A stretch of DNA of 64,000 nt from Narcine bancroftii (lineage: Eukaryota). The stretch spans positions 7,812,001 through 7,876,000 of the forward strand of contig NC_091474.1 of the NCBI RefSeq assembly GCF_036971445.1, read 5' to 3'. Made by a program: the position numbers and the translations under genes. Positions 36,060 through 49,589 of this stretch are shown here, piece after piece (the stretch's first letter is position 1; each line of letters begins with the position of its first letter). The notes beneath the pieces are model-generated. The model had not been told where the DNA came from and searched no databases. It worked only from the letters and a program-made list of their open reading frames with translations.

Positions 36060-36600
36060 TGCACACAGTCTCTTACATTAGATGGGCCCAAAATTTGAAA
36101 CGGTCACAAATGAAGAGAACAGTATTCATCCCACTAAAGATGTGCACCCTCTTCCAGAGCAACATTCCCAACATCGAAGTCCTAGTTGCCCTCATTTGAC
36201 TCCATTGGGACCACGTCATTCCCACGGTCTACACCCAACTCTATTCCAAGCTTTATCACAGGAAGAGATTATTAAGCGGACAAGGAAGATTCAAGATCAA
36301 TGTTTCAAGCCTCCTTCAAGAAATGCAACATCCCAGCAACTCCAGAGAACCCTGACAGTTGGGCGCAGTCAAAGTGGAAAAGGGCACTTGCTAGTTGGGT
36401 TGAAAACCGGAAGGCCCATATATTAGAAGCATGCAATAAGAGACAGAAGGATCATGCCACCTCAAATTATACACCCAGCCTCTCTGAAAGGAACATCCTC
36501 CTCCACCTGAAGAATCAGCAGATCCCACAATGCAGCCATCTCACTCCTCCCAAAGCTGAAGCACAAGTACATTTTTTTCCAATCCTAAGTGACTTAACAA
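36060..36600 (+). mobile_element. Old RTE LINE 3' fragment
   Basis: KRTRKIQD and ASFKKCNIP...SKWKR correspond to the RTE C-terminal region. Confidence 0.55.
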
Positions 36601-38958
36601 GTATTAAAACATGAAAGTCTGCAAACACCATGGTTGAAGTAAAAAAAAACAACGCTGGAGAAACTCAGCAGGTCCAACAGTGTACTTTATGTAGCAAAGA
36701 TATAAAAATACATAAGCAACGTTTCAGGATTGAGAATCTGCTTTGACGTGTGCGCTTATTAAATAGTCGTAGTCAAAATGCATGAAGTTTTGTTTCTGTC
36801 AAACACAATTAATGATTTCTTCAGATGGAAGCTCATTTGAAAAATTCTTTTGAACAATGTCTTACCTTTTATGATTTTTAAAAAAATAATTGACTCACAA
36901 TTCTACTTTACTTCACTTGCTTCCGTGTGGGGGGAACTGGTCCAACTCCAATGTCATCAGTCAGAGAACTAAGGAGAAAAGCACTATTGCACATTTTCTA
37001 CACAATGAAATTGAATAACCACAAAATTTTTACTATTACCACATACAGTATCATTAATGCACATATAAAATCACAACATCCCCAAGGTTTGGAAGCTACA
37101 TAAATAAAGACAAGTAACTTGGAAACTAGATTAGAATAATATCAAATGTTGAACTCAGCAGCTGAGTGTACTAATTATAACTCACCAATATGAGGTAGTG
37201 AGTTTAAATATCAAGCAATGCCCAGGCAACTAAATTCCATAGGTTTCTCAAATGTTAGCACCTATACTAATCTCTATTGTCATGAACCGTCTAAGTCTTA
37301 TCCATTGAATGAATGGAAGGCAGCACCAACTGCCCTATTATAATGATTGTAATGACGAGACAACACAAAATATATTGTTTGATGCATCTGCAGAGTTCGT
37401 TAAGGAATTAAGACTCATTAAACTCGACTGGAAGATTTGATTGGGCTTCTTCAATGCAGCAGAATGAGCCGGCTTGGAGGTGGGAGTTGAAATCAGGGAG
37501 GGAAAGGTTAATTACCCGTGAGCAACCTGTTCCAGATGGGCCAGATGGCGGAGTTTCCACCCAATGCACTGGATTGCACAAAACTGCAGTCATCCCTCAG
37601 GAGGGCAGGACTCTCCTTGGTTTCCAGCCCAGACTACTGCCACTCAAGATGTATACCTCAGCCAGCCTTTTAGATGGAGAACCTCTGTGACACCTCTGTA
37701 AATGGCAATTAGGAAATATCTGAAGGTTCAGTCTGGAAGGAGTCTAATCCATTAATGATTATTGCCACAATTTGTTCCTGGCTGTCCAGGCCTGACAATG
37801 CCTTGAGGACAGAATTGTGTCTGCAACCGGTGACAGATTTCTTTGAGGACATATTTTTTCCAAGTAGTAATACTTCATGTGTTTCGTTTTGCTGAAATGC
37901 AATTGGGGACATTGCTCGATGAAGACCCAGGTTATTAACAGCCTCTTGCAGATTCTTTTTTCCCTTTCTCTCTCTCTGCCTTTTCTCTTCATCTCCCTGT
38001 CCTGTTCTGCATGACAGCTCATTCACCCAGATCTTCCAAGGGAATATTTTTCAATACATCAAGCAATAAATTTGTACCTTGGCTTTGAAATCTCTAAAAA
38101 AAAAATGTTCTAGCACCCATCTTATCACTCTGTGCAGACTTTAGCAACTTAAAGCAACTAAAATAATAAAAACATCAGATGCTTTTACAATAGCAGCAAT
38201 GGTCAGAAGTTCATGTGCAAATAACATTTGATCTATTCAGTAATGCCGTGAAATAATAGTTCTTGGCTGAAATCTTAACCCATCCATTCCAAATTCAACA
38301 CAAGCATAAGGATGAGTAATCCCTTTGACAGCTGACCTGAACCAACCAGTCTTGCATATTGGATGCATTCCTTTCCTGCATACTCATCATTTTGATGAAT
38401 GCAATCTGGCCATGCTAATGCCTTCTCCAAGATAAAACATTGGCATGTACACCTACGCAAATTAGTGTCCAGCCAACAGATGCCATTTTTGAGCTCCAAG
38501 GTCCCATCGGGGCCAGTTTTTTTTTATGTATGGCCAGTTGATGACCTCTGATCAAAAGTTAAATATTTAGCTTGAAGAGCAGGGTCAACATCAAATCACA
38601 GCTTGCTAATGTTGAAGAAAATCATGCAATATTGCTATTTACCGTGATTATATAGAAAAAGTACAAAGTTTATCATTTGATACATTATTAAACAAAGTAT
38701 GAGGCATAATTTGCTGGACACGTAACAATGGATACATGAATGAATACACCATTAGCAGAGTGTAAGTCATCCAGTATTCTGCGGTGGAGAGGAAAAGCCA
38801 TCTCACAATTTTCAGGACAAATTTGCAGAAATGCGATTTTGCTGTCACTTTGTCCATGAACATCAAAAGATAATTGCATTGGGTATAAGCTACCCTTTGA
38901 ACTCACTGCAAAAATTTACGATTGGTACTTATCAAGCAAAATAAGACCATGGTGCTTT

Positions 38959-39341
38959 CTTTGGCTTGGCTTCGCGGACGAAGATTTATGGAGGGGGTAA
39001 AAAGTCCACGTCAGCTGCAGGCTCGTTTGTGGCTGACAAGTCCGATGCGGGACAGGCAGACACGATTGCAGCGGTTGCAAGGGAAAATTGGTTGGTTGGG
39101 GTTGGGTGTTGGGTTTTTCCTCCTTTGCCTTTTGTCAGTGAGGTGGGCTCTGCGGTCTGGGGAACATCTTTCTTTGGCTTGGCTTCGCGGACGAAGATTT
39201 ATGGAGGGGGTAAAAAGTCCACGTCAGCTGCAGGCTCGTTTGTGGCTGACAAGTCCGATGCGGGACAGGCAGACACGATTGCAGCGGTTGCAAGGGAAAA
39301 TTGGTTGGTTGGGGGAAAAACCCAACACCCAACCCCAACCA
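38959..39341 (-). mobile_element. Compound RTE insertion: two tandem 3' ends plus an inverted tip, one TSD
   Basis: Copies at 38959-39158 and 39168-39314, inverted segment at ~39314-39345, TSD ACCATGGTGCTTT at 38946-38958 and 39342-39354. Confidence 0.88.
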
Positions 39342-39947
39342 ACCATGGTGCTTTACGATCGTGCAATGTATACAATTACACATGTAAAACTCCATTCCTG
39401 CAGGTGGGGACTTTGTAATCTAACAATTAATTCTATTTTGTATTTTCCTTTTTGCATTTATCATTCTCTCAATCAAACTTCTCCCAGTTTTTCCTTTTTC
39501 ATTTTCTTTTGGGTACATCTCCGTTTATTTCACCATTTTTCTCCACTACTGTTTCTCTATTTATTTTTCATTCCTTAAAACCAGTTCACAGATGATGTGG
39601 ACAATTAGTGTTGTGCATCAATGTTCCAGACCACCCCACCACCCCCCGCCCTCCCCACCATCACATTGGCCTCGTGCTGAAACAGCTTGAAATTTACAGT
39701 TTCACAATATTTTCAAGCTGGAGGAAATATAAAATGTCCAATGAACCGGAAACGAGCTCCCTGACTCAGTGAATAGAGAGTTATCCACACCAGGCACGGC
39801 ACGGCAAGACTGGCAAATACTAATTTATGTACAATGTTAACAATGATTTAATATGTGGGATGAAAGTAGGAGTTATATACAGTAGATAGGAATGCAGCAA
39901 CATTAAATGTGGATCGTGTTTGGGCCAAGGGATGCTATTGTTTTCTT

Positions 39948-40130
39948 TCATCCTATCCGGCGACAGCTTTTACAGGGTCCAACAAATAACTTTTCCCAAC
40001 AGAAATACAAGCTCGTGACTGTTTTCAGCTGCTCCCTGTTTTTGCCTCTTGCTTTTAGTTTTCTGTGCTTCTTTCTTCTTTTTTTGTGGTCTGAACGATG
40101 GACGTTACATCTCGTGTTTCTATACAATTG
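39948..40130 (-). CDS. c20orf204: C20orf204-like / IL-7-like cytokine, coding exon 5 (last)
   Basis: Acceptor TATCTTTCAG, 183 nt, phase 0. Encodes QLYRNTRCNVHRSDHKKRRKKHRKLKARGKNREQLKTVTSLYFCWEKLFVGPCKSCRRIG*. CWEKLF matches the recalled human C20orf204 C-terminus. Confidence 0.85.
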   Translation of the reverse strand, partial: QLYRNTRCNVHRSDHKKRRKKHRKLKARGKNREQLKTVTSLYFCWEKLFVGPCKSCRRIG

Positions 40131-40403
40131 CTGAAAGATAACCGAAAGATAAGCTGTTCAAAATTTTAATGTGCGTAGCAGGAACTTGGTTCACTTAAAG
40201 TTGGTCAAGAAAAGCTGATGGCCCAAGGGATTTGATTGCATTCACTGGACACCCATGAAAATACATTTGTTATATAGCATTAAATCTTTAATTGACAATG
40301 TAAAATTTAATCGTACTCCAGATTAATTTATGCAAAATGCACACAAATAAAGATCATGCATCCTACCCAGATGGCATTTAGTTTGATATATCACCTGTTA
40401 ATA

Positions 40404-40630
40404 GGAACATCGGAAGTAGGAACAGGAGTAGGCCAAAAATGGCCCATCGAGCCTGTTCCGTCATTCAATAAGATCATGGCTGATCTAATTTATGACCTAA
40501 CTCCACCTACCTGCCTTTTTCTCCCCATATCCCCTAATTCCTCTATCATGAAAAAAATGTATCTAACCGAATTTTAAATATGTCTAATGAAGCAGCCTCA
40601 ACCACTTCCCTGGATAGAGAATTCCAAACA
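40404..40630 (-). mobile_element. CR1 LINE 3' end
   Basis: GAAGTAGGAACAGGAGTAGGCC...CATTCAATAAGATCATGGCTGATC. Confidence 0.65.
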
Positions 40631-42094
40631 TTCAAGAGAGAATGCATTGTGTGAGGGCAGCTATTGTGATAATGTTGACAATAATCTTCCATATGTCATT
40701 ACGTACGATTATTCAGACAGATGACAAGTGATGGTGGTGTTACCTGATTTATAAACTGTAGAATGTGACAGCAATGTTCAAAAAAAATTATAAGCTAATT
40801 GATGGGGGGAACTTTTCAAACTAATAAACAAGGATAACACTTGGACAAGTGCGAAATGGGAGAAAAGAATAGATTTAGTAAGTGCGAACAATAGCTACCT
40901 GACATGACGAGATGGTCAATAAAAGGGAATGCAGCTGATAATGGTGGAAATGGAGTTTGATAAATTGTCGCATGACATTTTAGACATCGAGATTGAAGAC
41001 CGTGAAATAAAAGCATGGGTGGAAAATAAGAAACTGTAGCAGTTAAATTACATTTTCTAGGCGGTGTTTGATTTTCTTGATGATGTTTGATGAACTCAGG
41101 ACAAATAATCTAAATTTCAGATACATTTGATTTGGAAGCATGATTAACTGGGAGGATCACGTCCAGAGACATCAGTAACAGTGACAGGACACATTGGCAT
41201 AAGGCACTTCTGATCGGAGTAATCAGAACATGATGCAAAGATAAGTAATGCCTTACCCAAACATCTGAAACAACTCAGCAAAAAATTCTATCTAAAAGGG
41301 ATAGAAATTTTTCTGTTTGCAAATTAGAATGTTTCTATATAAAAAAACCTCCTGTCCCCAGGTGGCCACCTTTTGATGTATTTCATCTAAGTGCTGAGTG
41401 GAGGAGTGGCTTTTGAGCTGGGCCTGTTTCCAGGCTTTAATGTTGTGTCTGATGATTGTTCTCAGGCCTCACCTATTTATTTGGTTTGAGGCAGGTAACT
41501 CGCCTAGCATGGGAATTCCATTTTCAGATTCCTCCCTCACAAAACAGGTTTGAATTAGGGGTGGCGTCTGATCACAATGTCCATGGAACTGACACCACTG
41601 CTCTCTTTGGCCCTGGAAGTAGCTTCTTTGTTCATTTCAAACAAAACTAGTTGCGCCAGATTCATTGGCTGTTATGAGGACAACTGAAGCATTCACAATA
41701 GAAAGGCTGAACATCTGCCTAACTTATATTTACTGCAACACAGAGTAAGGCCATTTAGCCAAATGATCCCATATCATCTCCGAGAAGAGCAATCCTTTCA
41801 GTTCCATTCCTTTATTTCCCTGTAGCCCTGCTACTCATTCATTCTCTCATGCCATCAAACTATTGTCACTTTCCTACAGCAGGGGCAGTTTACCAATATA
41901 TCTTTAGGATATGGGAGAAAACATGAGGAACCAATGGAAGAATGTGCCATATGCTATGCAGACATCACCTCAGGTCTGCATCATACTAGGGTCCCTGGAG
42001 ATATGAGGCTGGAGGGCTAAATACTGAGGTACTATGCTGCCTGTAAAGTAAGCTCAACGGGCATTGCAGCTGCTTTCCTACAGTCCTTTATTTA

Positions 42095-42480
42095 AGAACA
42101 GGAGAAATAGGAGCAGGACTACGCCAACCGGACTGTGGGGTCTGCTCCGCCATTCAATTAGATCATGGCTGATCGGATGATAGGCTAATCTGCCTTTTCC
42201 TCTTATCCCTCAACTCCCCCAACTACCTATGTAAAAAAAATCTACCCTTGTCTTAAGTGGGAAAAGTATTGTCCAAAATCATCTCAGTCCAAAATCTATT
42301 ACTCTAAGTCTTGAGGCTTTGTCCCCTCATTGTAGTCTCCCCCACCAACTTGTGTACCTCTGTCTTATCTATGCCTTTCATAATTTTATACATTTCCACA
42401 AGATCCCCTTTTATCTTCCAAATTCCAGTGAGATCAGTCCCAAACAACCCAATCTCTCATTTGCTAACCCATACCCTAAC
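42095..42480 (-). mobile_element. CR1 LINE 3' end
   Basis: AAGAACAGGAGAAATAGGAGCAGG...CATTCAATTAGATCATGGCTGATC. Confidence 0.6.
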
Positions 42481-43229
42481 ACCTCTTTGAGATGACCACC
42501 CAAGAGACCTAAAGTAAGGCTGAAAATTTGGCAGAAGATTACACAGTTAATAGATTGGTTGTCAGTAATCCTGCTGTTAATCGATGTGCCCCTCTTCCTT
42601 TATGTGCCGAAGAAATGGATCTGATGGCTCTTAAGTATCAATTACTGCTAATATGTGAGTATTTTGTTTTGCTGCAAAACATGTTGATCAACGAAGCGGC
42701 TTGGAACTTGTCATTGTCATGTAATTTGGAACCAAAATGGACTTCATAGTTTTAGGGCATGGGGGATAGTGGTTGTAGTGACAGGGAAGGAATGTTATTC
42801 TGCTACATTCATGTACGCACCTGACATTCCAAACAATTGGTGCAAAGCAAATCAGCTAATAATTTAGGTGCATGAAGCAGTGCCTCATGGCAATGGCTAA
42901 CAGCCAAAAAGTTGCAACAAATTGGACCAAAGACAAGTTCTCATTCCCCACTGCAGTGTATTGGAAATTTAGGCTCAGTTTGCACTTTTCAAGTGGTTAT
43001 ACTTTGCAAAATAACCACATTCATAAAGGAAGGGTAGCATTTCTCTTCAATATCCTGACCAGAGATATTTTGTAGAAAATACATATATTTTGTTCACGGA
43101 TAGTGTGATGCCTGGAGGATGGTTGCGATGTTTAACTGGATTCTGAAAGCGTTTCTTTAAAGCTTTAGCTGGAGGTTTGGATGAAATCTAATGTCGTTAC
43201 ATTGTTTAAGAAAGATGTCAATAATCATT

Positions 43230-44250
43230 TTGAAAATTATAGACTGGTGAGCCTGACACCATGTTATTGGAAGATATTCTAAGAGACTGTATAAGGGATA
43301 GTCAAGGTGGCTTTGTGCATGGTTTGTCATGTCTAACTAATCTTGTAGAGATTTTCAAGGAGGCTACCAGGAAAGATGATGAAGGAAAGGCAGTGGATGC
43401 TGTCTCATGGTAAGCCTTTAATAAGGCCTTTGACAAGGATCTGCATGGGAGGTTGGTCAAGGAGGTTCAGCTGCTCAGTATTCAGGTGGAACATTGTATT
43501 ACAGTCATTGTACTGGTTGGTCTGCCTCTGACACTGTAACTCCTCCCCTCCAGGATTCCTGATAAAGGATGTATCGCCCAATGCCCTCCCTCAGTACTAC
43601 TTGGAACTGGGCTAACAGTATGTAAGAAATGGCTACGTTTATAGCGATTAAAGCCTTTTAATCTCGACTTCTGTCTGTCGGGTCTAATTGATAGCGCTAC
43701 AGGTAGTAAATTGGACTTGACATTGGCTTTGCGGGATAATCCAGAGAGTGGTGGTAGATGATTGCCTCTCTGACTGCAGGCCTGCGACTAGTGGTGTGCC
43801 TCAGTGATCAGTCCTCGATCCATATTGTATATATCTCATCGATCACACTAATAATGTGATATATTGGATCAGCAAATTTGCAGATGTGGGGGGGGGGGGG
43901 GGGGGGAGGTGCAGTGGACAGCGAGGAAGGCTTTCAAAGCTTGCAGAGGGATCTGGAGCAGCTAATAAAATGGCCTGTAAAATGACAGGTGGAATTTAAT
44001 GCAGACAAGTATGAGGTATTGCATTTTGGGAAGACACACCAGGGTAAGACTTGCATGGTAAACAGTAGGGCACTGTGGAGAAAGGTAGACAGAGGGAATA
44101 GATTTGTATACTTTCTTGAAAGTGGTATCACAGCTAGATAGGCTTATAAAGAGAGCTTTTGGCATGTTGGCCTTTATAAATCAGAATGTTGAGTATAGGA
44201 GCTGAGATGTTATGTTGAAGTTGTATCAAATATTGGTGAGGCCATGAAAC
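43230..44250 (+). mobile_element. CR1 LINE fragment containing a solo LTR (~43485-43701)
   Basis: AAGGCCTTTGACAAG (KAFDK), AGTGGTGTGCCTCAG (SGVPQ) and AGCAAATTTGCAGAT (SKFAD). The insert ends GCGCTACA. Confidence 0.75.
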
Positions 44251-44889
44251 TACTTAAGGAGGAGATTCAGAAGATGCCCTCATTCAGAATAACTAATACA
44301 GTATATGTCATCTGCTGGCTTACTGCCAAATTTGTTTTCTTTTTAAATTTGTGAATCACAGAACTACAAAATTAATTCTGCTTGAAAATTACACATTAGT
44401 GGGCCATGACGTATCTATTTATCCATGGGTAAATATTTTTCAAGAGCATCATTCCCAGGAGAAATGGGAGATGACCGTAGGATGGACGATTCATGAAAAA
44501 CATCTGTAGAATAGAGGGCGGTCGGGATATTAGGTGCTGGATGATAATTCAAACAGAAAATGTTGGGAATACTGAAAGTCTAAAACAAAACAAGAAACAC
44601 TCAACAGCTCAGGCAGCATCTGTGGAGGGAGAAAAAAAGAGGCAGTGTTTCAGGACTTCTATTGTAATTTAGATGGTTGTTTGCCATCAATATTATGGTG
44701 ACCAGTAGCTTTTCAGTCTTGGGTAAATGTACTGGGTTAAGGATGGCGGGTAGAGAAGGACGATTAGGTTTTCATGAAATGGATGAGAGTGAAAGAGTGA
44801 GAAATCCTGATGTATCAGAGGAACAGGGAAGTAGATGCTGATTATGTCAATAGAAGCATTGAAATGAAGTTTAGCGAAGATATATTTTG

Positions 44890-45040
44890 CAGAAGCTGAA
44901 ACATAAGATTCTGTTGTCACCGTGGTTAAGTGAAAAAGCACACAAATGCTGGAGAAACTCAGCAGGTCAAACAGGGCCTTTATGTAGCAAAGGTGAAGAT
45001 ACATCATCAACTTTTCGGGCTTGAGCCCTTCATCAAGGTG
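44890..45040 (-). mobile_element. Penelope-type pseudo-LTR module with hammerhead motif
   Basis: Minus strand reads CCTTGATGAAGGGCTCAAGCCCGAAAAGTTG...TGAGTTTCTCCAGCATTTGTGTG. Related modules at ~1-60, 1770-1885, 22135-22350, 29750-29865, 36600-36735, 52430-52520 and 60115-60420. Confidence 0.7.
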
Positions 45041-45911
45041 AGGAAGATAGGTTTTCTTCCTGTGTGAGCTCTAGAAGGGAGATGATAGGAGTTGGGAATT
45101 ATTGGAGAGATATTGAAATAGGGAATTTTTGCAAAATGCCCACTATATTTTAATGAAATTTCCTAATGACAATTTCACATGATCTTGATTTCTTTAAAAG
45201 TATAAATCATGATTATTACAATCATTTTTTTTTTTAACATTTAATATTTCCAATGACAAAAATGTAACATTTGGCATTGGAATGTATTGGTAGTGAATGG
45301 AACAAAAGGCATTATTCCTTGATATAGGGAATAACAAGAGCAGGAATAAAATATGCAATTGTTAAGGGTGAACAGGCAGGAAAATGATACATTGAAGGCA
45401 TTAGGTGAGAGAGAGAAGGTGAGTGGAAGAGGCACCGGAGGTGGTACGAAGATAAAAAGGAAAATCAACTCCCCCATTTCTCATGGGTGCATATTAATTG
45501 TTTGTAATGTTATCTTTCTCTGAGCCACCGAAGAGAAAATCCTTCAAAATATCAATGTCTCCTTGCAATCCCCATGAACCTTGAGAACTTATAAGTGGAT
45601 AGAGGGAGTTGGAGAGAATCAGCATCAGGCACAGGATTAGGATATGGGAAAGGGTGAAAGGAGATAGAAGGATCAAGATGATAACCTTAAGTAGGCCTTG
45701 GGTAAATGTGGAGCAGAGAGCACAATGCCACCTCTCTTTGAATGAAAAACTGCCAGGAACTTAATTACAGTGTACTTGAGATCAGACAGTTATAGTTTAG
45801 ACATGATAGGGAAATGGGATGAAAATAGACTTTGGGAAGAAAGTCCTGATTGTTCCAGGAGGAGAGTTCATTTTCAGGACTTTTAAAAGGTGATAGGCAA
45901 CTGTTACCAAC

Positions 45912-46064
45912 CTGGTGCACTTTGTTACAGTGACATTTTATCACAGATTCCATTTGGTTACAAATCTTGCACAAGGTTGAATGTTCGGGGTTCGTTGCAG
46001 CGCAGTTGACTTGACTTTTTAGGAATAGACTCATACAATAAATTGACTGAAGTATCCTTTGTTC
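45912..46064 (-). CDS. c20orf204: C20orf204-like / IL-7-like cytokine, coding exon 4
   Basis: Acceptor TGTGTTTTAG, donor CAG/GTTGGT, 153 nt, phase 0/0. Encodes EQRILQSIYCMSLFLKSQVNCAATNPEHSTLCKICNQMESVIKCHCNKVHQ (compare recalled human EHSILLSI...EAVMRRHCRTLRQ). Confidence 0.82.
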
Positions 46065-47177
46065 CTAAAACACAAAATATAGAAAACGCATTTAGTTTTT
46101 AAAAATGATTCTATTGCAGATTACTATTGACACAATTTTTAAAAAACAATTCCTTTACAGAATGTCAGCATGACAGGAAATTCCTGTGTCTCTAATTGCC
46201 ACAAGCTAAGGAGACAGGTTAAGAATCAACCAGAGACACACAGGAGATTGCAGCTGCTGGAATCTGAAGCAAAACATTTTTCTGGACGAACACAGTGCTG
46301 AGTAAACATCAGTAGGAGACCATTCTTTGTCTTGTACAGATGCTACTTGACTGGCTGAGTCCCTCCAGTTGATTGCGTTTGACTGAAGAATCAACCACAT
46401 TTGTAGGTCAGGGTCCTCCCTTGAAGGATAGAAATGAACCAGAAAGATTTATACAACTTTTTATGGTTCATCTTAGAGAGTATTCAAACTGAATTCCAAA
46501 CTGATTTAATATCCCAAGTTAAAATTCCTAACTACTGTGGTCAGATTTTAACTTGTGTTTCTGAATCAATGGTCCAGAGCTCTGTCTGCTGGTTGAATAA
46601 CTTAACCACTATACTACCGCACCAATGAAACTTTTCATTCCATTCTAACAACTCTTCTTTCTGGTTCAAGTTAATGGCACCAGTTTACCATAACCTTTTT
46701 CCTACCTATCCTGAGGCAGTCACTCTATGGGCAGTTTTAGCTTCTGACATGGACAGGCTTGAGCTGGATATGATGGAAAAATATAAACATTCAATCCTAG
46801 CATCAGACAGATCTCCCTCCATTTCTTAGATTGGTGATTAGATTCGAGACTGCAAACCCAATCTTCATCTCTGGGACTGTCGATCAATTACAGATGGCTG
46901 GAAACTGAATGAAACTCCAAATCGTGAAGAGTCATCAAGACGACTGAGACAAATTGAGAGTGTGGACAAAAGATATGTCAAAAACAGTCAAAATGTTATT
47001 GACTTTAGGAAATAAAAAAGCAAAAGGAACATGTGTTACTTAAACGGTGTTTGATGAAGAAGAATTGAATGTTAACATGTAGTCACAGCAAGCAGAAAGA
47101 AAAAAAAATCAATGAAACCATTTTCTAATTTGACAAATTAGAAATTCTTAATGCTGTACTTTTTTTTCCAACTGTAC

Positions 47178-47252
47178 CTTATTAGATTGACAACTAAAGA
47201 TTTTTGGATGTTTCAGCATTTCATAACTTTCAGAAATTCCTGTGTCATTTCT
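47178..47252 (-). CDS. c20orf204: C20orf204-like / IL-7-like cytokine, coding exon 3
   Basis: Acceptor CATCTTTTGCAG, donor AAG/GTACAG, 75 nt, phase 0/0. Encodes RNDTGISESYEMLKHPKIFSCQSNK. Confidence 0.8.
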
Positions 47253-47344
47253 CTGCAAAAGATGAAATGTTAAGTGTAAATTTGTTTTTTTTTAAATTAA
47301 ATTTGTATAATGTCATAATGTACAAAATATTTTTATGTACATAC

Positions 47345-47490
47345 TAGGACTCTTAATTCATCAAAAATTACTGCTTTATAATTCTCTAGGATGACACCAA
47401 TCTTGCACTTGTTCGCTTTACACTTGCATGTGACTGAAGTCATTTGGGTCAGCAGGAGGAGGAATACACTGGTCGCAAGCCTTGGGCAAA
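47345..47490 (-). CDS. c20orf204: C20orf204-like / IL-7-like cytokine, coding exon 2 (signal peptide + helix A)
   Basis: Acceptor TTACTTTTCTCTAG, donor CTA/GTATGT, 146 nt, phase 1/0. Encodes (V)CPRLATSVFLLLLTQMTSVTCKCKANKCKIGVILENYKAVIFDELRVL (compare recalled human CSVPDVLRHYRAIIFEDLQ). Confidence 0.85.
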
Positions 47491-47657
47491 CTAGAGAAAA
47501 GTAACACAAGAGGAAATAATCACTTTTGCACGATTAATGTTTTTTTTTCCAGTTTCACACATCATCAGCCAAGTTCACATGCAAATGAAGAAATGTCAGC
47601 ACAGAGGCAGCAAACTGGCACAATTTTGCTGGTACAAAGTGCTTCACCAAAATTAAT

Positions 47658-48000
47658 TACAGTAGTCCCCTCTTATCCATGGCCCCCCAGCAGATGCCTG
47701 AAACTGCAGAGAGCACCGAACCCTATATATGCGCTACTTAACATGATATGTTCTGTGAAAATGGGTGTCATGCGATGTGGACATTGTGCGATATATACTT
47801 AGCAAAGCTATACGTGATACTGTAGTGTACTGTAAACTTTATTTGTAAATAGAGATCAGTATGGGGACCCACATGGAGCTGTGGGCAGAGAGCAGGGCAG
47901 TGGGATCAGTGTGGGGACTGATACAGGACTGTGGGGAGAGTGCGAGGCAGTGGGATTAGTTGGGACTGATACAGGACTTTGGGGAGAGAGCAGGGCACTC
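47658..48000. mobile_element. Tigger-like DNA transposon end followed by a degenerate ~49-bp repeat
   Basis: TACAGTAGTCCCCTCTTATCC terminus. About 3 copies of GTGGGGAGAG..GGCAGTGGGAT....GGGACTGATACAGGAC at 47860-48000. Confidence 0.45.
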
Positions 48001-49589
48001 GGATGAGTTTCGGACCACGGTTGAGTGTGGTAACATGAAAAGAAAAACCACAGATAGGTGAGGCGGGGGGGGGGGGGGGGGGTGGGGGAATCCACTGTAT
48101 TCTTATTTAGCCATCCCTGCCCTATCCTTGGAACCGTTGATTTTTTTAAAAATTTTTTAGAGATATACAATTCCATTTTAAGTCTGGCAAAAGCTTACTA
48201 ATTTAAAGGGTCATTCTGCATCTTCTATCCTGTATTGAAAATGTGTAGCAGAAGGGCAAATTAAGATAAGTTTGCTCATTTGAAACTTAGGCTTTGCCTC
48301 TGTTTCCAGTAGGTCAGATGAGCCATGAAATCAGTCAATTAGAATAACTAGAATTGACTTGCTTACGTTTGGATAAGTATAGTTTTTCAACACTAAATGA
48401 AATTGTATGCGAAAATAAGAGTATAATGCCTATTCTCAGGAAAATTGTTCAAGAGAAAGAAATTGTTACTGAAAATGTTAGGCTAGATTAATCACATAAT
48501 CTATTCATTTAATTAACATATACATTAATCTAATGCAGATAAGGAAATTATGAGAATTTCAAAAATAATCATTTTGCAGATGATTTAACAATCAGGACCC
48601 TACTGTAAACTAGAAAAAAGCTGTTGTAAAATTTACTATTTAACAAAGGAAAAAGAATTAAGACACCAAAAGTTCTGAAACAACAATGACCTTATTTGGC
48701 ATTTACGCTTAATATTTTTGTTAGTAACACTTCATAAATGGGAGAGGCAGAATAAATCTGTCCAATTCCAAGCAAAGTGCACTATAAGACAGCTTCCCTA
48801 ATCTGCGGCTAAGCAGTAATACTTGACAAACAGGTAAATATTACTTTAAGTAGTTACCTTCCAGAAATCCCTGGAGGTTCAAAAATTTTAGACCATCTTT
48901 TGATTGTTTCAGTTGTCGTACATCCCGTACAATCTAGATGTGCAAATGGTTCATTATTTTTGTTCCGTTTAGAGAGCCTAGATTTCTCCCCACGGTTCAA
49001 ATTGTGCGTGTAACAGAGTTGTAACCTGAGTAAGAGACTCCAAAGAGTTTCTTGAGTCAGAATTAAGCCAAATGACTCAATTTCATTGAGAACTTCAAGA
49101 TGTGTTTGAAACATCATGCAAGTCATTGCATGCAAGTTGAAGATCAGTGCAGCCAGCAAGCCCAGAAATAGATTATGTGAGTTTAAATGATAATCATATG
49201 GAAAACCAGTTGTGTTTTTTTAAACATATGTGCATCTATCATAAAATTGAACTCGACAGAATTCCACTATCGGACAAGCATTTTTCTTGATTCCTTTGTG
49301 TGTCATCAGCCTGACTGACAGACATTGAAGCAAGAATTGCCATCTATGTCCTTTATTTTTACTTCCCAGAAAATCAAAAGTAAAATGCTACACAAAATCA
49401 GCAAGGATATATGAATTAAAGAGTCCTGCATAGGATACTGATTTGCTCCTGGGTGCACATGCCTAACTGCATTTCCATTGCTGTGAATATTTGTTACAGA
49501 ATTGTTGGGTCTCCAAACCCTTATTGCAGATTGTGTTTTTATTCATTCAAGGCATGTGAGCTTTAATCGATAATCTCAAATTGCTTGAG

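Noticed and set aside
37408-38906. Several 60-105 aa ORFs
   Set aside because: No recognisable domains or consistent exon boundaries; the lengths are what chance would give.
48854-49200. Minus-strand ORF with a hydrophobic start and CTTTETIKRWSKIFE, considered as the cytokine's first exon
   Set aside because: There is no ATG before the hydrophobic stretch and the donor is in phase 2; the exon at 47345-47490 matches far better.
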